Origin: an uncultured Collinsella sp.
GTDB taxonomy: Bacteria > Actinomycetota > Coriobacteriia > Coriobacteriales > Coriobacteriaceae
Assembly: GCA_958350755.1 (NCBI GenBank)
Contig: CATWID010000007.1
Location: forward strand, 2,460 to 66,459
Reading direction: 5' to 3'
Length of the DNA stretch: 64,000 nt
The translations under genes and the position numbers were made by a program. Below are positions 37,862 through 47,227 of this stretch, in pieces. Position 1 is the stretch's first letter; each line of letters starts with the position of its first letter. A model generated the notes under the pieces. That model searched no databases, was not told where the DNA came from, and saw only the letters and a list, made by a program, of their open reading frames with translations.

Positions 37862-39025
37862 ATGTCGGAAAATATTGAGCAGCCGTTGCCGCGCACGTTT
37901 GAGGAGTTCAACGAGCAACGCAAGGCGGCGTTTATTCGCGTCAAAGATTATAAGCAGGCGGGTAATCGCCTGGTTGGCTTTTTGTGCAGCTATACGCCGC
38001 TCGAGATTATCGATGCCGCGGGGGCTGCGAGCGTGGCTCTGTGCGGTACGTCCGATGAGGTGATTCCCGAGGCCGAGAAGGTGCTGCCGGCAAACCTGTG
38101 CCCGCTCATCAAGTCGACCTACGGTTTTGCCTACTCGCAAAAGTGCCCGTTTACGTACTTTAGCGACATGATCATCGGCGAGACCACCTGCGACGGCAAG
38201 AAGAAGATGTACGAGCTACTCAACGAGCTCAAGCGCACGCACATCCTGCATCTTCCGCAGGGTCGCGATCGTGCCTACGAGCGTGAAGGCTGGTACGAGG
38301 AGTGCCGCCTGCTCAAGGAGGAGCTCGAGGGCTTCTACGGCATCACGATTACCGACGATGACCTGCGCGCTGCCGTCCGTCGTCGCAACCGCTTGCGTGC
38401 GGCCCAGCTCGAGATGTTTGCACTGCAGGCTAACCAGCCGGCTGTCATGAGCGGCGTCGACCTGATGAGCACCATGTTTGCCGGTACGTTCAGCTTTGAT
38501 ATCGAGGCCTATACGCAGCAGCTGGAGCAAAAGGTTGCCAAGCTGCGCGAGGCCTACGACGCGGGCGAGCGCCCGGTTGCGGCGGATGCCAAGCGCATTC
38601 TGATCACTGGCTGCCCGGTGGGCGGCGTGATCAACAAGATCGGCCGTACTATCGAGTCCAACGGCGGTGTGGTCGTGTGCATGGACGACTGCTCGGGCGA
38701 GCGCACGGCGGCCATGATGATCGACCCGGAGGCTCCCGATATCCTGCGCGCCATCGCCGACCGCTACCTGGACATCAACTGCTCGGTCATGACGCCCAAC
38801 GACGGTCGTATGGAAAACACGCTGGCCATGTGCGAGAAGTATCATGTCGATGGCGTGGTAGAGAGCGTGCTACAGGCCTGCCACACCTTTAACGTGGAGA
38901 GTGCGCGCATGCAGGAGGCTGTCGAGGGTGCGGGTATTCCGTATATGAAGATCGAGACCGACTACAGCAACGGTGACATGGGCCAGATCGAGACGCGCAT
39001 CGCTGCCTTTATCGAGACCCTGTAG
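37862..39025 (+). CDS. Double-cubane-cluster-type reductase, paralog 2 (YjiM-like)
   Basis: [40 protein letters not shown] and QACHT motifs; AAGGAG SD. Confidence 0.9.
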   Translation: MSENIEQPLPRTFEEFNEQRKAAFIRVKDYKQAGNRLVGFLCSYTPLEIIDAAGAASVALCGTSDEVIPEAEKVLPANLCPLIKSTYGFAYSQKCPFTYFSDMIIGETTCDGKKKMYELLNELKRTHILHLPQGRDRAYEREGWYEECRLLKEELEGFYGITITDDDLRAAVRRRNRLRAAQLEMFALQANQPAVMSGVDLMSTMFAGTFSFDIEAYTQQLEQKVAKLREAYDAGERPVAADAKRILITGCPVGGVINKIGRTIESNGGVVVCMDDCSGERTAAMMIDPEAPDILRAIADRYLDINCSVMTPNDGRMENTLAMCEKYHVDGVVESVLQACHTFNVESARMQEAVEGAGIPYMKIETDYSNGDMGQIETRIAAFIETL

Positions 39026-39075
39026 GACAAATGCGGCAAAGGGATAGCTGCTTTGCCGCATAGAAGGAGGATGCC

Positions 39076-39840
39076 GTGGTTGGCATTGGTATCGACATAG
39101 GCTCGACGGCCGCGAAGGCTGCGGTGGTGGAGACGGACAACGCCATTGCGTGGACCTGCGTCATGCCGACGGGGTATTCGTCGGTCGATGCGGCCGAGCG
39201 CCTACGCGGTGAGCTCGCCGCAGCCGGCTATGACGTGACGGGCGACGATGTTCGCGTGATCGCGACTGGCTACGGCCGTGTCGCGGTGCCCTATGCCAAC
39301 AAGGTGGTGACCGAGATCACCTGCCATGGTGCCGGCGCGGTCCGCCTGTTTGGCGAGCAGGGCACGGTGATCGACGTGGGCGGCCAGGATACCAAGGTCA
39401 TCCAACTCAAGGGCGGCCGCGTGGCCAAGTTCGCCATGAACGACAAGTGTGCCGCCGGCACGGGGCGCTTTCTGGAGATCATGGCCGACCGCCTAGGCAT
39501 TTCCCAGCAGCAGATGGCCGACCTGGCGCGTTCCGGCGAGCCCACCAAGATCAGCAGCATGTGCACGGTGTTTGCCGAAAGCGAGGTCATCAGCCTGATC
39601 GGTCGCGGTGAGCCGCGCGAGAACATTGCGCGTGGCGTGATCGACAGCGTGGTCTCGCGCGTGGCGACCATGGCCGGGCAGGCCGCGGGCGCCCCGTACT
39701 ACCTGACCGGTGGCCTGTGCGAGAACGCCTTCGTGGTGGAGCGGTTGGGCGAGCTACTGGGGTCGCCGGTGACCACCTCGCCCCAGGCTCGCTTTGCCGG
39801 AGCGATCGGCGCGGCTGTCCGCGCCGCCGCCTTGGCCTAG
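39076..39840 (+). CDS. ATP-dependent [4Fe-4S] activase (HgdC/YjiL-like)
   Basis: GIDIGST, TGYGR, DVGGQDTK, MNDKCAAGTGRFL and MCTVFAESE motifs. Confidence 0.93.
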   Translation: MVGIGIDIGSTAAKAAVVETDNAIAWTCVMPTGYSSVDAAERLRGELAAAGYDVTGDDVRVIATGYGRVAVPYANKVVTEITCHGAGAVRLFGEQGTVIDVGGQDTKVIQLKGGRVAKFAMNDKCAAGTGRFLEIMADRLGISQQQMADLARSGEPTKISSMCTVFAESEVISLIGRGEPRENIARGVIDSVVSRVATMAGQAAGAPYYLTGGLCENAFVVERLGELLGSPVTTSPQARFAGAIGAAVRAAALA

Positions 39841-39854
39841 GGGTGTACCGCGAC

Positions 39855-41072
39855 ATGCGCATCCTCAATATCTCGGCACAAAAACCAGATAGCACTGGCA
39901 GCGGCACCTACCTTGCCGCGCTCGTACGCGAGCAGATCGAGACGGGGCATCGCGCCGCCGTGCTTTGCGGCGCGGCACCGGGTGATACCCAAGGCAAGCT
40001 GGACCGGCGTGCTGCCGTGTTTGCCGTACCGTTCGAGTCGCCCGAGCTGCCGTTTCCCATCTGCGGTATGTCCGATGTCATGCCCTATCCCTCCACACGC
40101 TACCGTGACCTGACGCCTTCGATGCTCAAGGCATTTGAGCGGTCATTTGCTGCTGCAATCGATCGGGCGGTGGCTGAGTTTCGGCCCGATCTGGTGCTCT
40201 GCCATCACCTGTATCTGGTGACCGCATTGGCGCGCGAGCGCGTCCGGGGCGTGCCGGTTGTTGCCGTATGCCATTCGACCGACCTGCGCCAGCTGCGTTC
40301 GCATGCGCTCGAGCGCGATCGCATCGTAAGCGCGGTTCGTCGGCTCGATGCCGTCTTTGCGCTCCATGCTGAGCAGGCTGAGCAGATTGGCCTGGTGTGC
40401 GGCGTCGATGCCGATCGCATCCACGTGATTGGGACGGGCTACGACCATCGCGTCTTCTGCCGTGATGCAAGCGTGGCGAGGCAGCCGGGATCGCTTGTGT
40501 ACGTGGGTAAGATTTGCTTTAAAAAGGGCGTCGAGTCGCTGGTTCGAGCTGTGTCATTGCCGATTGACGATGACGTCCGCCCATCTGGCTTGGTACTTGT
40601 GGGCGGCCGCGGGGACGATGCCGAGTACGCGCGTATTGAGCGCTTGACCGCGGCCTCGGATGTGCCGGTGACGCTGGCGGGGCGCCTGGATAGCGATGGG
40701 CTCGTGCGTGCCTACCGCAGTTCCGACGTCTTTGTGCTGCCTTCGTTTTACGAGGGTCTGCCGCTCGTGACGATCGAGGCCCTCGCGTGCGGCTGCAAAG
40801 TTGTGGCGACCGATTTGCCCGGCGTTCGTCCCTGGATGGAGGCGATGCTTCCCGGTGCTCCCGTGACGTGGGTGGCGTCGCCGCGTATGACGGATGTCGA
40901 CACGCCCGTGGCGGCCGACCTTCCGTTGTTTGAGCGCGCACTGGCAGATGCTATCGCGCAGGCGCTTGCGGCTCCGCCTTCGACGTTCGAGCCGTCGGCG
41001 GTCTCTTGGGAAGCGTGCCTGGCGCGTATACTTAAAGTCGTTGATTTGTTGGAAGGGGGTTCGTATGGCTAA
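39855..41072 (+). CDS. Glycosyltransferase, GT-B fold (family 4-like)
   Basis: VYVGKICFKKG and FVLPSFYEGLPLVTIEALACG (EX7E) motifs; stop overlaps the selD start. Confidence 0.9.
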   Translation: MRILNISAQKPDSTGSGTYLAALVREQIETGHRAAVLCGAAPGDTQGKLDRRAAVFAVPFESPELPFPICGMSDVMPYPSTRYRDLTPSMLKAFERSFAAAIDRAVAEFRPDLVLCHHLYLVTALARERVRGVPVVAVCHSTDLRQLRSHALERDRIVSAVRRLDAVFALHAEQAEQIGLVCGVDADRIHVIGTGYDHRVFCRDASVARQPGSLVYVGKICFKKGVESLVRAVSLPIDDDVRPSGLVLVGGRGDDAEYARIERLTAASDVPVTLAGRLDSDGLVRAYRSSDVFVLPSFYEGLPLVTIEALACGCKVVATDLPGVRPWMEAMLPGAPVTWVASPRMTDVDTPVAADLPLFERALADAIAQALAAPPSTFEPSAVSWEACLARILKVVDLLEGGSYG

Positions 41073-42114
41073 GGACACCATGAGGCTCACGTCTATGACG
41101 GCCGCGAGCGGTTGAGCCGCTAAGTTGGCTCCCGGAGCCCTCGCCCAGGTCCTGGGCGACTTGCCAAATGTGCATAACGACAACTTGCTCGTGGGGTTCG
41201 ATACCTCCGACGATGCGAGCGTCTTCCGCGTAGGGGAGAACCTGGGGCTCGTGCAGTCCATCGACTTCTTCCCACCGATGGTCGATGACCCGTTCCTGTT
41301 TGGCCAGATCGCTGCGGCCAACTCGCTGTCGGACATCTACGCCATGGGCGGGCGGCCGAGCCATGCCATGAACCTGCTTTGCATACCCAGTTGCCTGGGC
41401 GTTGAAGTTGCCGGTCAGATTCTGGCGGGCGGCGCCGATAAGTGCGTCGAGGCGGGTTGCTCCATCGCGGGCGGCCACACCATCAACGACGACGAGCCCA
41501 AGTACGGTCTGTCCGTGAGCGGTTTTGTGCCACTCGACCACATGCTCGCCAACAGCGGCGCACGCGTGGGCGATGTTCTGCTGCTGACCAAGGCGATCGG
41601 CTCGGGCATCATCACCACGGCCATTAAGGGCGAGCTCATCGAGCAGGACGAGGCCGCAGCCATGTTTGACTCGATGCGTACCCTCAACGAGGCCCCGATT
41701 CGCCTGGCCGAGGGACTCGAGCTTCACGGCTGCACCGACATCACGGGCTTTGGCCTGATCGGGCATGCGTGCGAGATGGCCGAGGGCTCGGGCGTGCAGA
41801 TTGAACTTGCGTCGGGGGCGGTGCCGCTCTTTGACCAGGTGCTCGATATGGCGCGTCTGGGCATTATTCCTGCCGGTGCCTACCGCAACCAGGACTTCTT
41901 TGGCCCGCTCGTGGCTGCCGACGAGGACCTGGAGCCGGGCATGTTGGATGCACTGTACGATCCGCAGACCTCGGGTGGTTTGCTCATCGCGGCGCCTGCT
42001 GCCGATGTGGATGAGCTTGCGCGCCGTCTACATGCCGAGGGACGTATCGCCGCCGTCGTCGGGCGCGTGTGCGAGGCGGAGCCGGGCGGTCCTGCCGTCC
42101 GCGTTGTTCGCTAG
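41065..42114 (+). CDS. selD: Selenophosphate synthetase, selenoprotein form (UGA = Sec17)
   Basis: ATG 41065 with SD; in-frame TGA 41113-41115 in G-U-A-A-K, equivalent to the catalytic C17/K20; DDA, DFFPP, ANSLSDIYAMGG, TDITGFGL and DPQTSGGLL motifs. Confidence 0.95.
41127..41159 (+). promoter_or_regulatory. Putative bacterial SECIS region of selD
   Basis: ggctcccggagcc hairpin starts 11 nt after the UGA; second hairpin tcgcccag-gtc-ctgggcga follows. Confidence 0.65.
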
Positions 42115-42175
42115 CCCGCACGTTTATGTAACTGTTTGCCGTTCTCTAGAACGGCTCTTTCGAAAGGAATTTGCT

Positions 42176-42802
42176 ATGTCTACCAAGATTGAAGTCAATG
42201 CCATGGGCGATGCCTGCCCGCTGCCCGTCGTCAAGACGCTCAAAGCTCTGAAGCAGCTCGATGGCGAGGGCGCCGTCGTAACCTCGGTCGACAACGAGAC
42301 CGCCGTCAAGAACATCTCCAAGATGGCGCAGGAAAAGGGCTGCACGGCCTCGGTCGAGAAGGTTTCTGACACCGAGTGGCACGTGACCGTGACGACCTCT
42401 GGCGCCGTTGCCGTGGCCGATCCAGAGCAGGATGGCGCTGCCTTCTGTGATGCCAGCGCCGGCAAGGGCAAGCTCGTCATTTCCGTCTACACCGACTGCA
42501 TGGGCCGCGGCGACGACGAGCTGGGCCACAAGCTCATGAAGGCCTTCATCTTTGCCGTGACGCAGCAGGAGGAGCTGCCCGCGACCATGCTGTTCTATAA
42601 CGGCGGCGCCAAGCTCACCGTTGAGGGCTCGCCGGTGCTCGACGACCTGAAGGGCCTGGCCGAGCAGGGCGTTGAGATCCTTACCTGTGGCACCTGCCTC
42701 GATCACTTTGGCATTAAGGACCAGCTTGCCGTGGGCGAGGTCACGAACATGTATGTGATCGTGGAGAAGATGGAGCAGGCCGTGCGCGTCGTGCGCCCGT
42801 AG
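42176..42802 (+). CDS. yedF: Sulfurtransferase-like selenium metabolism protein (TusA + DsrE domains)
   Basis: GDACPLPVV, MGRGDDELG and TCGTCLD motifs. Confidence 0.88.
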   Translation: MSTKIEVNAMGDACPLPVVKTLKALKQLDGEGAVVTSVDNETAVKNISKMAQEKGCTASVEKVSDTEWHVTVTTSGAVAVADPEQDGAAFCDASAGKGKLVISVYTDCMGRGDDELGHKLMKAFIFAVTQQEELPATMLFYNGGAKLTVEGSPVLDDLKGLAEQGVEILTCGTCLDHFGIKDQLAVGEVTNMYVIVEKMEQAVRVVRP

Positions 42803-42821
42803 CGTATTGGTTGGAGTTGCC

Positions 42822-43073
42822 ATGAGGGAGAAGCGCCCGGCGCTTGTCATCACGTTTCCCACCACGGCGGCCGCCATGGGCTGCGAGTCCCTGTGCATCG
42901 AGCGCGGCCTTCCCGGGCGAACGATTCCCGTGCCCGGGGAGGTCGCTGCCGGCTGTGGTCTGGCGTGGAAAGCGTTGCCTGCCGATGAGGAGCTGCTGCG
43001 CGGCGAACTCGCCGCGGCGGGCGTTCCCACCGAGGGCTATACCGTGATTGATATGTGGGAGGTCGTGCGATGA
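42822..43073 (+). CDS. DUF3343 family putative S/Se carrier
   Basis: ITFPTTAAAM...IPVPGEVAAGCGLA motif. Confidence 0.85.
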   Translation: MREKRPALVITFPTTAAAMGCESLCIERGLPGRTIPVPGEVAAGCGLAWKALPADEELLRGELAAAGVPTEGYTVIDMWEVVR

Positions 43074-44209
43074 TCTACCTGGATAACGCGGCGACGACCA
43101 TGCACAAGCCGCAGACGGTCATCGATGCCGTGACGCAGGCGATGTGTTCGCTCGGCAATGCCGGGCGCGGTGCCACGTCGGGCGCGCTCGACGCGGCGCG
43201 CACGATTCACGGCTGCCGCGCCAAGCTTGCGCGCTTGCTGGGCTGCCCGAGGGCGGACCATGTGTGCCTTACGCCTAATTCCACGGCCGCGCTCAACACC
43301 GCCATCAATGGCGTGGTGCGCCGCGGCGACCGCGTGGTCACGACGGTGCTCGAGCACAACTCCGTGTTGCGTCCGCTCAACCGCCTGGCGGCAGAGCAGG
43401 GCGTGACCGTTGAGCATGCGGGCTGTGACGTAAGCGGCGTGCTCGACTATGACGAGCTCGAGCGGCTGGTCACGCCCGGTACGCGTGCCGTGGTGGTGAC
43501 GCATGCCTCTAATGTGACCGGCAACGCGGTCGACATTGCGCGCGTGGCGGCCTTGGCACATGCCGCGGGCGCGCTTGTGATCGTCGATGCCTCGCAGTCT
43601 GCCGGTACGGCGCATATCGATATGCAGGCCATGGGGCTCGACGTGGTGTGCTTTACCGGCCACAAGGGGCTCATGGGCCCGCAGGGCACCGGCGGCCTGG
43701 CCGTGGCGGAGGGCGTCGACGTGGCGCCCTGGGCCATGGGCGGCACGGGCGTGCACAGCTTCGATGCGTTACAGCCCATGGAGTGGCCCACGCGGCTCGA
43801 GGCGGGCACGCTCAACGGCCACGGTGTCGCCGGCCTTTCTGTCGGCCTCGACTTTATCGAGGCCCAAGGTGGGGTCGAGGCGATTGCGGCGCATGAGCGA
43901 GCACTGGCGGATCGCTTTCTCGCTGGCGTGCGCGAAATCCCGGAGATCAAGCTCTACGGTGCCTTTGACCAGCCCGTGCGCTCGGCGATCGTTTCACTCA
44001 ACGTGGGCGATATCGATTCGGCCGAGATTTCGGACGCGCTCATGCAAGGGTGGGGGATTGCGACGCGCCCCGGCGCCCACTGCGCTCCGCTCATGCACCG
44101 CGCGTTGGGGACCGAGCGCCAGGGTGTCGTTCGCTTCTCGTTTGGGTATTTCAACACGGACGAGGAAGTTGACGCCGCGATTGAAGCTTTGCGCGATTTA
44201 GCTTGCTAA
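43070..44209 (+). CDS. Cysteine desulfurase/selenocysteine lyase-like class V PLP enzyme
   Basis: YLDNAATT, EHNS, FTGHK and RPGAHCAP motifs; ATGA overlap with DUF3343. Confidence 0.9.
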   Translation: MIYLDNAATTMHKPQTVIDAVTQAMCSLGNAGRGATSGALDAARTIHGCRAKLARLLGCPRADHVCLTPNSTAALNTAINGVVRRGDRVVTTVLEHNSVLRPLNRLAAEQGVTVEHAGCDVSGVLDYDELERLVTPGTRAVVVTHASNVTGNAVDIARVAALAHAAGALVIVDASQSAGTAHIDMQAMGLDVVCFTGHKGLMGPQGTGGLAVAEGVDVAPWAMGGTGVHSFDALQPMEWPTRLEAGTLNGHGVAGLSVGLDFIEAQGGVEAIAAHERALADRFLAGVREIPEIKLYGAFDQPVRSAIVSLNVGDIDSAEISDALMQGWGIATRPGAHCAPLMHRALGTERQGVVRFSFGYFNTDEEVDAAIEALRDLAC

Positions 44210-44276
44210 AGCGTATATACTTGCGGGATGGGCCTTTTGCCCGTCCCGTTTTTGTTTCGACCCGAAAGGTGGTCCC

Positions 44277-45635
44277 ATGGCCTCATCCGCGCCGCGCGGC
44301 CTGCGCTCCGACCATGTCGTTACCGTCGGTATCGCCCTGTTCTCGATGCTCTTTGGCGCCGGCAACCTTATTATTCCGCCGCTGCTGGCGCTGCAGGCAG
44401 GTTCTGCCACGCCGGTCGCCATGCTCGGCTTTCTCATTGCCGCCATCGGCCTGCCCGTCATGGGCTTTATCGCCGTGGCACTTGCCGGAACGGCGCGCGA
44501 GCTTGCCGGCCGTGTGCATCCCAAGTTCGGCGAGTTCTTTGTCGCGGCGGTGTATCTGGCTATCGGCCCGTGCCTGGCCATTCCGCGCACGAGCTCCACG
44601 GCCTTCGAGATGCTGGTGCCGCTGTTGCCCGAGGGCGTCTCGCTCGGCACGGCGCGCCTGGTGTTTGCCGTCGGCTTCTTTGTCGTCGCGTTTGCGCTCA
44701 CGCTGCGCCCGGGCGTCATCACACGCGTGCTCGGCCGCATTACGGGCCCCGCGCTCATTGCGCTCATCGTGCTGGTCGTTGGTGCTGCCGTGATCTCGCC
44801 GCTGGGTCCCGCTGCCGCGCCGCAGGCCCCCTACGATGCTGGCGCTGCCGTGCAGGGCTTTCTGACTGGCTATCAGACCATGGACCTGCTCGCGTCGCTC
44901 GCCTTTGGCATCATCATCGCCGAGACCATCCACGAGTTGGGTGTTACCGATGACAAGCGCGTGGCCTTCGAGATTTCGCGTTCCGGTGTGATCGCCGGCG
45001 TACTCATGGCCATCATCTACTGCGGCTTGGGCCTTGCCGGTATGCAGCTCGGCACCGTGATGCCCGACGCTACCAACGGCGCCGCCATCCTCGCCCGTTC
45101 GGCCTCCATGCATTTTGGGCTTGCCGGCACGGTCGTGGTCTTTGCGATCTTTTTCCTCGCCTGCATGAACGTGTGCATCGGCCTCATCAGCTGCTGCTCG
45201 CGTTACTTCTGCGAGACGTATGTGGTCGAAGGGGGAGCGGAGGCCTCTGAGGAGGCCATGCGCCGCCCCTTTGCGGTTCTCGCCTTTGTGTTCGCAGCGT
45301 TTTCGTGCGTGCTCTCCAACGTGGGCCTCGACGTGATTCTTATGTTCTCGGTGCCCATGCTCAATGCCTTGTATCCCGTTGCCATTGTGCTGGTGCTTGT
45401 GGGCCTGGTGCACGGTTTTTGCGACGCGCATCCGCAGGTATGGGTCTGGGTCGGCGGCGTCGTCGCGGTGCAGAGCGTGATCACCTCGGTCCGCGACGCG
45501 TTCTTTGCTGGCGCGTGGCTACCGTTCGATGCGCTGCCGCTGGCGGATATCGGTGCCGCGTGGGCGCCGGTCGCCGTGGTGGCGTTTGTGATAGGCCTGC
45601 TCCACAGCCGGTTTGTCGCACATTCGAGGAGCTAG
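44277..45635 (+). CDS. brnQ: Branched-chain amino acid transporter (LIVCS family)
   Basis: FSMLFGAGNLI, AIPRT and GYQTMD motifs. Confidence 0.92.
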   Translation: MASSAPRGLRSDHVVTVGIALFSMLFGAGNLIIPPLLALQAGSATPVAMLGFLIAAIGLPVMGFIAVALAGTARELAGRVHPKFGEFFVAAVYLAIGPCLAIPRTSSTAFEMLVPLLPEGVSLGTARLVFAVGFFVVAFALTLRPGVITRVLGRITGPALIALIVLVVGAAVISPLGPAAAPQAPYDAGAAVQGFLTGYQTMDLLASLAFGIIIAETIHELGVTDDKRVAFEISRSGVIAGVLMAIIYCGLGLAGMQLGTVMPDATNGAAILARSASMHFGLAGTVVVFAIFFLACMNVCIGLISCCSRYFCETYVVEGGAEASEEAMRRPFAVLAFVFAAFSCVLSNVGLDVILMFSVPMLNALYPVAIVLVLVGLVHGFCDAHPQVWVWVGGVVAVQSVITSVRDAFFAGAWLPFDALPLADIGAAWAPVAVVAFVIGLLHSRFVAHSRS

Positions 45636-45726
45636 AATATCGCCGCTTGCACAGGCGGGAAGTCTCCCCTATAATTTCCTTCGCTTTGGGACACGCAAGG
45701 TTTAGACCTTAGCTGCTCAACACCTT

Positions 45727-45803
45727 CGGGACGTGGCGCAGTTTGGTAGCGCGCCTGCTTTGGGAGCAGGATGTCGCAGGTTCAAATCCTGTCGTCCCGA
45801 CCA
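45727..45803 (+). tRNA. tRNA-Pro(TGG)
   Basis: Cloverleaf; cctgc-tTTGGga-gcagg anticodon arm; encoded CCA. Confidence 0.96.
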
Positions 45804-45809
45804 TATCTT

Positions 45810-45883
45810 GCGGGCGTAGTTCAATGGTAGAACCCCAGCCTTCCAAGCTGATGACGCGGGTTCGATTCCCGTCGCCCGCTCCA
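45810..45883 (+). tRNA. tRNA-Gly(TCC)
   Basis: Cloverleaf; cagc-ctTCCaa-gctg anticodon arm; encoded CCA. Confidence 0.96.
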
Positions 45884-46086
45884 TAAGAATTGTTTTAACG
45901 GCTTTGGTTTCCTTTGGGAATCAGAGCTGTTTTCGTTTACGCGCCGGGCGACGGGAATCGAACCCGTCAGGGTGCGGAGCTGAGAAAATGCGTGAGCATT
46001 TTCCAGCGCAGCACGCAAGGGCCGAAGGCCCGCAGCGAAACAAGGATTTGCGAAGCAAATCCTTGGACTTCCCGTCGCCCGCTCCA
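45884..46086. mobile_element. About 200-bp non-coding element at the tRNA-Gly 3' end
   Basis: 18-bp direct repeat of the tRNA 3' end at 46069-46086; 22-bp inverted copy at 45945-45966; four internal hairpins. Confidence 0.6.
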
Positions 46087-46206
46087 AGCTATATAATCGC
46101 AGGCCAATATGCTAATTTGGCTCGCGTTTATTTTTATACCGTCCGACCTCGCGGGGCAAATGAACCAAGAGCGTTTGTCCCACATCGTAAGAAAGTAGTG
46201 ATTGCC

Positions 46207-47043
46207 ATGGCACAGAGTAAGGCAGAATACCCCACCCCCGACTGCCTGGCGCCCGCCGCGATCGAGGCTAAGTCCGAGGCCGCCGGCGTTACCAAGGCCA
46301 ACCTGCCGGTCTCGAAGGCCTTTTTGCTCGCCATGTTCGCCGGAGCGTTTATCGCCTTCGGCGGCCTGTTCTTCACGGTCTTTCTGAGCGATCCCACGCT
46401 TGGCTGGGGCGCCCAGCGCTTCGTGGGCGGTCTTGCTTTTTGCCTGGGACTGGTGCTCGTGCTCATTTGCGGCGCGGAGCTGTTTACCGGTAACTCGCTT
46501 ATGGTATGCGCGCTTAAGAGCAAAAAGATTACGCTCGTCCAGATGTTCAAGGCTTGGGCTGTTGTGTGGATCGGCAACTTTGCCGGCGCCCTGTTCGTTG
46601 TCTTTTTGATTTACATGGCAGCTATTTATAAGCTCAACGGCGAGGCCGTCGCCAATACCATGGTGAGCGTCGCCGCCGGTAAGGTTGCGATCGACGCCGT
46701 TACCATCTTCTTCCGCGGCATTTTGTGCAACATCTTTGTCTGCCTGGCCGTATGGATCGGCACTGCCGGCAAGACCGTGGTCGACAAGGTCGTGGGCATT
46801 TTGCTGCCCATCGCTGCCTTTGTGGCCTGCGGTTTTGAGCACTGCGTCGCCAACATGTACTTTTTGCCCATGGGTATTTTGATGCACTCCTGCGGCTATG
46901 GAGCCGATGTCGCTGGCGCCGATGCCCTCAACGCTGCCGGGTTGGCGCTCAACCTTACGGTCGCCACGCTGGGCAATATCGTGGGTGGCGCCCTGATCGT
47001 GGCGCTGGGCTACTGGTTTATCTACGCCAACAAAGAGTCCTAA
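46207..47043 (+). CDS. Formate/nitrite transporter (FNT) family channel
   Basis: GAELFTGN, GILCNIFVCLAVW, GFEHCVANMY and TLGNIVGG motifs. Confidence 0.93.
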   Translation: MAQSKAEYPTPDCLAPAAIEAKSEAAGVTKANLPVSKAFLLAMFAGAFIAFGGLFFTVFLSDPTLGWGAQRFVGGLAFCLGLVLVLICGAELFTGNSLMVCALKSKKITLVQMFKAWAVVWIGNFAGALFVVFLIYMAAIYKLNGEAVANTMVSVAAGKVAIDAVTIFFRGILCNIFVCLAVWIGTAGKTVVDKVVGILLPIAAFVACGFEHCVANMYFLPMGILMHSCGYGADVAGADALNAAGLALNLTVATLGNIVGGALIVALGYWFIYANKES

Positions 47044-47063
47044 AGGACCCAACCCATAACCGA

Positions 47064-47153
47064 CCAAAAAGGGACAGGTTTATTTTGGCAGGTTTTGAGC
47101 GAGGCGCTGCGCCGTCTTGTCACGAGCTGCCATAATGGACCTGTCCCTTTTTG
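47064..47153. repeat. GGGACAGG inverted-repeat element, copy 1
   Basis: 47064-47096 is the exact reverse complement of 60225-60257; degenerate right arm at 47127-47153. Confidence 0.85.
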
Positions 47154-47227
47154 CATGTGCGTTGCCGCATTTTGCTGCTGACGACAAAGGGGACCCGCTT
47201 TTTATTGAACATGTCGAAAGGCTTTCC

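Noticed and set aside
40894..42114. selD as a pseudogene or two ORFs
   Set aside because: The TGA falls on the catalytic Cys/Sec position, SECIS-like hairpins follow, and selA, selB and selC are present
39855..42114. Selenoneine (senABC) cluster
   Set aside because: No SenA/EgtB-like gene is present and the context is anaerobic Fe-S chemistry; only the glycosyltransferase + selD pairing is analogous
45904..46206. N-terminal extension of the FNT ORF (similar extensions called for selA, valS, yedF and the aminopeptidase)
   Set aside because: The extensions run through repeats or upstream genes; family homology, and usually an SD, begins at the downstream starts used
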